Shown: in pieces, positions 1 through 4,248 of the stretch | Numbering within the stretch: the stretch's first letter is position 1 | How the letters are laid out: every line of letters begins with the position of its first letter | IMG/VR virus record: IMGVR_UViG_3300018478_000173 | DNA length: 4,325 bases | Direction: 5' to 3' (one strand) | From: a virus | Taxonomy: Duplodnaviria > Heunggongvirae > Uroviricota > Caudoviricetes | Translations under genes and position numbers: made by a program | Notes under the pieces: model-generated | Told to the model about the DNA's origin: nothing | Databases searched by the model: none | What the model saw: only the letters and a program-made list of their open reading frames with translations

Positions 1-32
1 AAGACTATCACTTAAATAAGTGATATTGGTTG

Positions 33-82
33 TCTGGAGATTCAGGGGGCCAGTCTATCTGGAGATTCAGGGGGCCAGTCTA
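33..82. repeat. Perfect tandem direct repeat, 2 x 25 bp (TCTGGAGATTCAGGGGGCCAGTCTA at 33-57 and 58-82); each copy contains a short inverted repeat CTGG...CCAG
   Basis: Read directly from the sequence; both copies identical over 25 bp and exactly adjacent. Sits in an intergenic stretch where all three + frames hit stops within the first 21 nt of the window. Confidence 0.9.
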
Positions 83-335
83 ATAAAACATATCCTGTAT
101 ATTTATGTTGTTACATACAGGCGCTTTTAGTATCTGCCGCACGGCAGTTGTACTTCAGAATAAGATGCTTTTGTGACTGGTGGTGTTGTATCTGGGGTTA
201 GCCAGGAGGCAGGTTCAGAGAGTCCGGTGGTAATTATGTGTATGCAGTGGTTGTTGCTGTACCGTGGGCAAGTTCTGGAACTGGCTTCGTCCATTGTAGA
301 TGATTGTTAGCTGGATATCAGTTACCTCATGGAAA

Positions 336-344
336 TGTTAAATG
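336..344 (+). promoter_or_regulatory. Candidate extended -10 element (TGtTAAATG) for unit 1; weaker than the others because the last position is G
   Basis: TG at 336-337, hexamer TAAATG at 339-344; no convincing -35. The equivalent position in units 2-4 reads TAAATT. Confidence 0.2.
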
Positions 345-350
345 ACTCAC

Positions 351-569
351 AATTCGGTTGATGGACTATTGTCTGATCGATGGAAGTCTTGTAAAAACGA
401 GCCAGCATAGTGAATCCCCCTGTGCGGAGGGGCGTCTGACATGGTCTCCATAGCGATGGTCACAATACGCAGATTCAGTAGTCAGGCTGAATCTACCGGG
501 AGGCACCCGGCACTATGCTGCTTATGGTGTATACATAGCGATCGGCCCCTCTCCGGAGGGGCTTTTTTT
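351..569 (+). ncRNA. Unit 1 candidate structured small RNA (~219 nt): 5' leader, closing helix 404-412/511-519, hairpin 417-432 (CCCCT-GTGCGG-AGGGG), divergent core 433-495, hairpin 496-510 (CCGGG-AGGCA-CCCGG), tail, terminator
   Basis: Closing helix is 9 perfect base pairs (AGCATAGTG with CACTATGCT) and carries an A-T pair where the other units have G-C. The core contains a strong local hairpin AGATTCAG-N8-CTGAATCT (471-494). No conserved reading frame. Confidence 0.45.
545..569 (+). terminator. Intrinsic terminator of unit 1: 7-bp GC stem (GCCCCTC/GAGGGGC), loop TCCG, then T7
   Basis: Perfect hairpin 545-562 followed by TTTTTTT 563-569. Confidence 0.8.
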
Positions 570-595
570 GTGCGGGAAAAGGCTGTGTTGTTAAG

Positions 596-604
596 TGTTA
601 AATT
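596..604 (+). promoter_or_regulatory. Candidate extended -10 promoter (TGtTAAATT) for unit 2; hexamer is the same as I recall for the lambda pR' -10 (TAAATT)
   Basis: TG 596-597, hexamer 599-604; predicted start near A611 in the conserved CCTCACA context; no canonical -35, as is common for extended -10 promoters. Confidence 0.3.
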
Positions 605-610
605 CCTCAC

Positions 611-838
611 AGTTCAGATGGTTGATGCTTGCCTGTCTGAGGGGGAGTTGTTAAAAAAGTTCTGCATGGTGAATCCCCCTGTGCGGAGGGGCGACTGGTG
701 TGATTTGCATCTTTTCTGTTGTAGGCAATGCAAACGCGGGTTCAGGGACACCAGACTGGACTCACCGGGAGGCACCCGGCACCATGTTCATGATGATACA
801 GATACGCAGTGTCAGCCCCTCTCCTGAGGGGCTTTTTT
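611..838 (+). ncRNA. Unit 2 candidate structured small RNA (~228 nt): closing helix 664-671/780-787, hairpin 676-691, divergent core 692-764, hairpin 765-779, terminator 815-838
   Basis: Closing helix GCATGGTG with CACCATGT (one G-U pair). Core contains nested hairpins (CTGGTGT 697-703 with ACACCAG 749-755; TTTGCAT 706-712 with ATGCAAA 730-736). Confidence 0.45.
815..838 (+). terminator. Intrinsic terminator of unit 2: same 7-bp stem, loop TCCT, then T6
   Basis: Hairpin 815-832 followed by TTTTTT 833-838; the only change from unit 1 is in the loop. Confidence 0.8.
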
Positions 839-865
839 ATGCAGGAAAAACGCTGTGTTGTGAAA

Positions 866-874
866 TGTTAAATT
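866..874 (+). promoter_or_regulatory. Candidate extended -10 promoter (TGtTAAATT) for unit 3
   Basis: TG 866-867, hexamer TAAATT 869-874; same position in the unit as in units 2 and 4. Confidence 0.3.
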
Positions 875-880
875 CCTCAC

Positions 881-1098
881 AGTTCAGATTGTTGATGCTT
901 GCCTGTCTTACGGGGAGTTGTTAAAAAAGTTCTGCATGGTGAATCCCCCTGAGCGGAGGGGCATATCAGCGCAGGTGTTTCTACTCTATCCTTTCTGTGC
1001 GGGTTCAGGTGCTGATACTGAACTCACCGGGAGGCACCCGGCATCATGCATATGGTTAACAGACACGTAGCGAAGCCCCTCTCCGGAGGGGCTTTTTT
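881..1098 (+). ncRNA. Unit 3 candidate structured small RNA (~218 nt): closing helix 933-941/1042-1050, hairpin 946-961 (loop GAGCGG), divergent core 962-1026, hairpin 1027-1041, terminator 1075-1098
   Basis: Closing helix TGCATGGTG with CATCATGCA (9 bp including one G-U). Core has the stem TATCAGC...GCTGATA. Confidence 0.45.
1075..1098 (+). terminator. Intrinsic terminator of unit 3: same 7-bp stem, loop TCCG, then T6
   Basis: Hairpin 1075-1092 followed by TTTTTT 1093-1098. Confidence 0.8.
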
Positions 1099-1115
1099 AT
1101 GCAGGGAAAAGGCTG

Positions 1116-1124
1116 TGTTGTGAA
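1116..1124 (+). promoter_or_regulatory. Candidate extended -10 promoter (TGtTAAATT) for unit 4
   Basis: TG 1116-1117, hexamer TAAATT 1119-1124; same position in the unit as in units 2 and 3. Confidence 0.3.
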
Positions 1125-1130
1125 ATGTTA

Positions 1131-1349
1131 AATTCCTCACAATTCATGAGGTTGATGATTGTCTGATTGATGAGGAGTTTGTTAAAAAAAACGGGCATGG
1201 TGAATCCCCCTGTGCGGAGGGGTGATATCGTATCATTTCCTGTGTGGCCGACTGATATCACGGACATTTGTTCACCGGGAGGCACCCGGCACCATGCAGT
1301 ATACAGAGATTAGGCATACATCCAGGCTCCTCATCGCAGGAGCCTTTTT
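1131..1349 (+). ncRNA. Unit 4 candidate structured small RNA (~219 nt): closing helix 1195-1202/1290-1297, hairpin 1207-1222, shortened core 1223-1274, hairpin 1275-1289, non-homologous terminator 1325-1349
   Basis: Closing helix GCATGGTG with CACCATGC (8 perfect bp). The 5' conserved block carries small insertions relative to units 2 and 3. Core has the stem TGATATC...GATATCA. Confidence 0.4.
1325..1349 (+). terminator. Intrinsic terminator of unit 4: different sequence, same architecture (GGCTCCT-CATCGC-AGGAGCC then T5)
   Basis: 7-bp stem 1325-1331 with 1338-1344, T-run 1345-1349. Replaces the GCCCCTC hairpin used by units 1-3. Confidence 0.7.
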
Positions 1350-1355
1350 ACATGT

Positions 1356-1384
1356 AAAAAAAACCGCTCCTGGGAAGAGCGGTT
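1356..1384 (-). terminator. Opposing-strand intrinsic terminator: A8 on + (U-run on -) abutting the hairpin CCGCTC-N7-GAGCGG; with 1325-1349 it forms a back-to-back bidirectional terminator around the perfect palindrome TTTTACATGTAAAA (1346-1359)
   Basis: Stem 1364-1369 with 1377-1382, extendable by two A-T pairs; A-run 1356-1363 precedes it on the + strand. Confidence 0.45.
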
Positions 1385-1581
1385 GGCAAGGAAGCAAGGA
1401 ATAAATAACAAAACGTGAAGTAATTTATTCAGCACCCTAATAATACCTTAGAGTAATCACCTTGCGCAACTGTAAGGGCGTATTTCTTTTTTGCGGGCTG
1501 TTTTTCTGTGTGACTTTTGTGTTTCCGGAGGTCAGCCCGTGCCTTCTCTGACTCAGAACATTATCCCGGCCGGGAGGATTC

Positions 1582-3546
1582 ATGGCATTTAAACACTACG
1601 ATGTGGTCAGGGCGGCATCGCCGTCAGACCTTGCTGAACGACTGACACAAAAACTGAAGGAGGGCTGGCAGCCATTTGGCAGTCCGGTGGCCATCACGCC
1701 TTATACCCTGATGCAGGCCATTGCGGCGGAAGGTGATGTCACCACACCAGTGGCGGTGACCGGTAATGAGGGTAAGGCGGTGGCTGTCAGTGCCACCAGC
1801 GACCCGGAGTATTACTTTGTTGTGGTTCTGGCAGGGCAGTCAAATGGCATGTCGTATGGTGAAGGTCTTCCGCTGCCGGAGACATATGACCGTCCGGACC
1901 CGCGTATTAAGCAACTGGCGCGCCGCAGTACGGTGACACCGGGCGGTGTCGCCTGTAAATATAACGACATCATTCCGGCGGACCATTGTCTGCATGATGT
2001 GCAGGACATGAGCCGTCTTAACCATCCGAAAGCGGAACTGTCAAAGGGGCAGTACGGAACCGTGGGGCAGGGGCTGCATATTGCCAAAAAACTGCTGCCG
2101 TTTATACCGGCGAATGCGGGCATTCTGCTGGTTCCGTGCTGTCGTGGTGGTTCAGCGTTCACCACCGGAGCTGATGGCACATACAGTGACGCTGGCGGTG
2201 CCTCGGAGAATTCAGCGCGCTGGGGTGTGGACAAGCCGCTGTATAAGGACCTTATCGGTCGAACAAAAGCAGCACTGAAGAAGAACCCGAAAAATGTGCT
2301 GTTTGCCGTGGTGTGGATGCAGGGGGAATTTGATTTTGGCGGTACGCCGGCAAATCACGCAGCACAGTTTGGTGCGCTGGTTGATAAATTCCGTGCAGAC
2401 CTGACGGATATGGCAGGTCAGTGCGTTGGTGGCTCTGCTGGCGGTGTTCCCTGGATATGCGGGGACACGACGTATTTCTGGAAGCAGAAGAACGAATCCA
2501 CGTACCAGACGGTGTACGGCAGCTATAAAAACAAAACGGAAAAGAATATCCATTTCGTACCGTTCATGACGGATGAGAACGGGGTGAATGTGCCGACGAA
2601 CAAACCGGAAGAAGACCCGGACATTCCGGGTATCGGGTATTACGGTTCGAAATGGCGTGACAGCTCAGCCACCTGGACGTCACAGGACAGGGCGAGCCAT
2701 TTCAGCACCTGGGCACGCCGGGGGATTATTTCCGACCGTCTGGCAACGGCGATTCTGGTGCACGCCGGGAGAACCGCTGAATTCATTACCGGAAAACAGC
2801 CTGATATGGTGAGGCCCACCGTACCTTCCGGTGAAGGTCCGGAGAGAGAGGCGGAAGCCCCGGCCAGTAAGCGTACCCTGATGAGTCTGCTGGCATCCGG
2901 CGAAGACCTGGCATCACAGGGCTGGCGCTATTATCACAAACCGGCGGGCGGAGACAGTGTTAACAAAAACATTGCTGAAGCGGTGGTCAGTGATGCGGGG
3001 GCTACGGGAGGTAAGGCTCTGCAACTGAACAAACCGGAAAACCACATCTGGTTTCTGGAGCATGATGCAGCCGGACAGGGGGCGGAGTTACTGAAGAAGG
3101 GCGGACGTGTGAGCGTACGGTTTAAGTTGCCGGGTTCACTGGTGCCGAATCAGTTTGCCCTGGGCATTTACTGGCAGTTGTCGTCCCTGCCGGAGGGGGT
3201 GATGCTGTCAGGAGAAGGTAACGATATGCTGATGTCTTTCTTCCTGCAGACGGATACGACGAACCTGAACGCGATGCATCACAGGAAGCCGAATGCGAAG
3301 CTGGATACATTCGGGGTCTTTGATAACGGATGGCACACGCTGGCTTTTGAGTTTGCCGGAAACAACAGCATTCAGGTGACACCAGTACTGGATGAGAAAC
3401 GGGGAGCGGCGTTCACACTGGTGAAGTCACCGGCATCGGGGGCGGTGGACAAACTGCAACTGACCGATATATCAAAATCGGCGACGTATACGCTGCTGAT
3501 TGACAGCATTGCGGTGGAAGTGAACAGCACAGACACTGCGGCATGA
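1582..3546 (+). CDS. nanS-p: Prophage-encoded sialate O-acetylesterase (NanS-p-like), 654 aa: N-terminal DUF1737-like domain, SGNH/SASA esterase domain with the GQSN motif, and a long C-terminal domain
   Basis: Intact 1965-nt ORF. GGAGGA at 1573-1578 just upstream of ATG 1582. GQSN at residues 85-88 (nt 1834-1845), characteristic of the sialate O-acetylesterase branch of SGNH hydrolases. The N-terminus MAFKHYDVVRAASPSDLAERLTQKLKEGWQPFGSPVAITPYTLMQAIAAEG matches, from memory, the DUF1737 N-terminal domain of NanS-p proteins of EHEC lambdoid prophages. Function is from recalled homology, not a search. Confidence 0.9.
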   Translation: MAFKHYDVVRAASPSDLAERLTQKLKEGWQPFGSPVAITPYTLMQAIAAEGDVTTPVAVTGNEGKAVAVSATSDPEYYFVVVLAGQSNGMSYGEGLPLPETYDRPDPRIKQLARRSTVTPGGVACKYNDIIPADHCLHDVQDMSRLNHPKAELSKGQYGTVGQGLHIAKKLLPFIPANAGILLVPCCRGGSAFTTGADGTYSDAGGASENSARWGVDKPLYKDLIGRTKAALKKNPKNVLFAVVWMQGEFDFGGTPANHAAQFGALVDKFRADLTDMAGQCVGGSAGGVPWICGDTTYFWKQKNESTYQTVYGSYKNKTEKNIHFVPFMTDENGVNVPTNKPEEDPDIPGIGYYGSKWRDSSATWTSQDRASHFSTWARRGIISDRLATAILVHAGRTAEFITGKQPDMVRPTVPSGEGPEREAEAPASKRTLMSLLASGEDLASQGWRYYHKPAGGDSVNKNIAEAVVSDAGATGGKALQLNKPENHIWFLEHDAAGQGAELLKKGGRVSVRFKLPGSLVPNQFALGIYWQLSSLPEGVMLSGEGNDMLMSFFLQTDTTNLNAMHHRKPNAKLDTFGVFDNGWHTLAFEFAGNNSIQVTPVLDEKRGAAFTLVKSPASGAVDKLQLTDISKSATYTLLIDSIAVEVNSTDTAA

Positions 3547-3583
3547 TAAAAAAAGCCGCCAGTTACCGGAATGGACTGGCGGT
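3547..3583 (-). terminator. Strong hairpin right after the nanS-p stop, oriented as an intrinsic terminator for the minus strand (A7 on + before the stem, no T-run after it)
   Basis: A-run 3548-3554; stem GCCGCCAGT (3555-3563) with ACTGGCGGT (3575-3583), 9 bp including one G-U; 11-nt loop. It may still slow plus-strand transcription after nanS-p, but it lacks the U-tract of a classic + terminator. Confidence 0.4.
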
Positions 3584-3651
3584 GGTAATACCCATGGAGA
3601 AATATAAAGGAACGATACTTTCGTGCTCTGTTTTTTTAAATGAAAACAGTT

Positions 3652-3667
3652 CTTATTGTCAACAATA
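3652..3667. promoter_or_regulatory. Inverted repeat TTATTG-N4-CAATAA upstream of the small TM ORF; overlaps a perfect TTGACA hexamer on the minus strand (+ coordinates 3656-3661)
   Basis: Read directly; 6-bp arms with a 4-bp centre. Could be an operator or a divergent promoter element. No binding protein can be assigned. Confidence 0.25.
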
Positions 3668-3680
3668 ACGGTAAGAAATT

Positions 3681-3860
3681 ATGACTTTTATTCATCAGGT
3701 GATGCTGTACTTCTGTACGGCAGTCTGTGTGCTGTATCTCCTTTCGGGTGGATACCGGGCCATGCGTGACTTCTGGCGCAGACAGATTGACAAAAGGGCC
3801 GCTGAGAAAATCAGCGCCAGTCAGTCAGCCGGAAGCAAACCCGAAGAGCCGCTCATTTAG
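3681..3860 (+). CDS. Small predicted membrane protein, 59 aa, not in the supplied ORF track (below its apparent length cutoff): hydrophobic N-terminal helix then a basic/polar tail
   Basis: ATG 3681 to TAG 3858-3860. Translation MTFIHQVMLYFCTAVCVLYLLSGGYRAMRDFWRRQIDKRAAEKISASQSAGSKPEEPLI has about 20 hydrophobic residues followed by R/K-rich sequence, a plausible single-pass TM peptide. The Shine-Dalgarno is weak (AAGAAA), and the ORF overlaps, in another frame, the implausible N-terminal extension of the 3727 ORF. Confidence 0.35.
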   Translation: MTFIHQVMLYFCTAVCVLYLLSGGYRAMRDFWRRQIDKRAAEKISASQSAGSKPEEPLI

Positions 3861-3900
3861 CGGCAACTTTCTTAATCACACCTTTCGACGAGAAAATCCC

Positions 3901-4173
3901 ATGTCAGAAATTACATCCCTGGTCACTGCTGAAGCAGTGAAGGACGTCCTGCGCTCTGAAGAAGTCCTGAGCGCACTGAAACAGAAACTCCGCCATAAGC
4001 TGGAAGCACGTCTTGATGCAGAAGTGGATGCCATTCTGGATGAGCTGCTTGGTGTACAGGCAGAGCCAGCGACTGAAGCGGGAGATACCACCGCAGAGAG
4101 CGGTGAAGTTCAGCCTGAATCACCGGTCGCCGATGCGACTGAACCGCAACCCGAATCGGTCATGATGCTGTAA
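3901..4173 (+). CDS. Small hypothetical protein, 90 aa: predicted helical N-terminal half and an acidic, Pro/Glu/Thr/Ala-rich, probably disordered C-terminal tail
   Basis: Chosen start ATG 3901 (MSEITSLVTAEAVKDVLRSEEVLSALKQKLRHKLEARLDAEVDAILDELLGVQAEPATEAGDTTAESGEVQPESPVADATEPQPESVMML). The track ORF 3727..4173 is in the same frame, but its extra N-terminal 58 aa are Cys/Arg/Ser-rich and not protein-like. Stop TAA 4171-4173, followed by a terminator. Confidence 0.6.
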   Translation: MSEITSLVTAEAVKDVLRSEEVLSALKQKLRHKLEARLDAEVDAILDELLGVQAEPATEAGDTTAESGEVQPESPVADATEPQPESVMML

Positions 4174-4183
4174 CGGGGGTCAG

Positions 4184-4213
4184 GGCCATCAGTAAACTGC
4201 TGCTGGCCTTTTT
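4184..4213 (+). terminator. Candidate intrinsic terminator between the acidic-protein gene and the holin gene
   Basis: Stem GGCCA (4184-4188) with TGGCC (4204-4208), extended by CAG/CTG with one mismatch; followed by TTTTT 4209-4213. Confidence 0.5.
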
Positions 4214-4248
4214 CATGTTGTGAGCTTCCGGATTGCGGGAGACGGGGT

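Larger units (their letters stand above)
332..1385 (+). repeat. Array of four tandem paralogous ~260-bp modules (units start near 332, 596, 862, 1112), ending in a back-to-back terminator pair
   Basis: Conserved blocks recur with period ~260-270 bp: TGTTAAAT(T/G)...CTCACA...GTTGATG...GTTAAAAAAG...GCATGGTGAATCCCCCTG(T/A)GCGGAGGGG; CACCGGGAGGCACCCGGCA(C/T)(C/T)ATG; and GCCCCTCTCC(G/T)GAGGGGC followed by a T-run. Units 2 and 3 are about 96% identical over the ~98-bp 5' block (596-694 vs 866-964). Confidence 0.9.

Noticed and set aside
236-310. 24-aa ORF (MCMQWLLLYRGQVLELASSIVDDC) in the upstream intergenic region
   Set aside because: Very short, weak Shine-Dalgarno and no supporting features; cannot be told apart from chance.
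441-924. Track ORFs 441..827 (128 aa) and 700..924 (74 aa) on the + strand
   Set aside because: Both read straight through the conserved hairpins and intrinsic terminators of the repeat units. Their peptides are Cys/Arg-rich and low-complexity, and the equivalent frames are not maintained between units (core lengths differ by non-multiples of 3). They are frame artefacts of a repetitive non-coding array.
332-1350. tRNA genes (as found upstream of stx in some Stx phages) or a CRISPR array
   Set aside because: No GGTTCGAATCC-type T-loop or canonical cloverleaf dimensions anywhere in the array; the second conserved hairpin has a 5-nt loop, not the 7-nt T-loop. The units are about 260 bp and each carries its own terminator, which is incompatible with CRISPR repeat/spacer geometry.
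1097-1404. Track ORFs 1097..1285 (-) and 1222..1404 (+)
   Set aside because: Same reasoning: they lie inside repeat unit 4 and its terminators, have no credible ribosome-binding site and are not conserved against the paralogous units.
1812-3382. Minus-strand ORFs 1812..2234, 1840..2025, 2212..2553, 3122..3382 and plus-strand ORFs 2081..2278, 2588..2812
   Set aside because: All lie entirely inside the 654-aa esterase gene in alternative frames; such shadow ORFs are expected in a GC-rich coding region. Their translations are Arg/Cys/Pro-rich and none has a start context.
3593-3667. 24-aa ORF (MEKYKGTILSCSVFLNENSSYCQQ) and a weak hairpin plus T7 run around 3612-3636
   Set aside because: The ORF has no ribosome-binding site and an implausible composition. 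The stem before the T-run is only about 4 bp, too weak to call a terminator.
3727-3900. N-terminal extension of the 3727..4173 ORF (148-aa version)
   Set aside because: The first 58 residues are Cys/Ser/Arg-rich with no helical or hydrophobic pattern and overlap the more plausible TM-peptide frame. The protein-like sequence begins at Met 3901, so the shorter 3901..4173 CDS is preferred.
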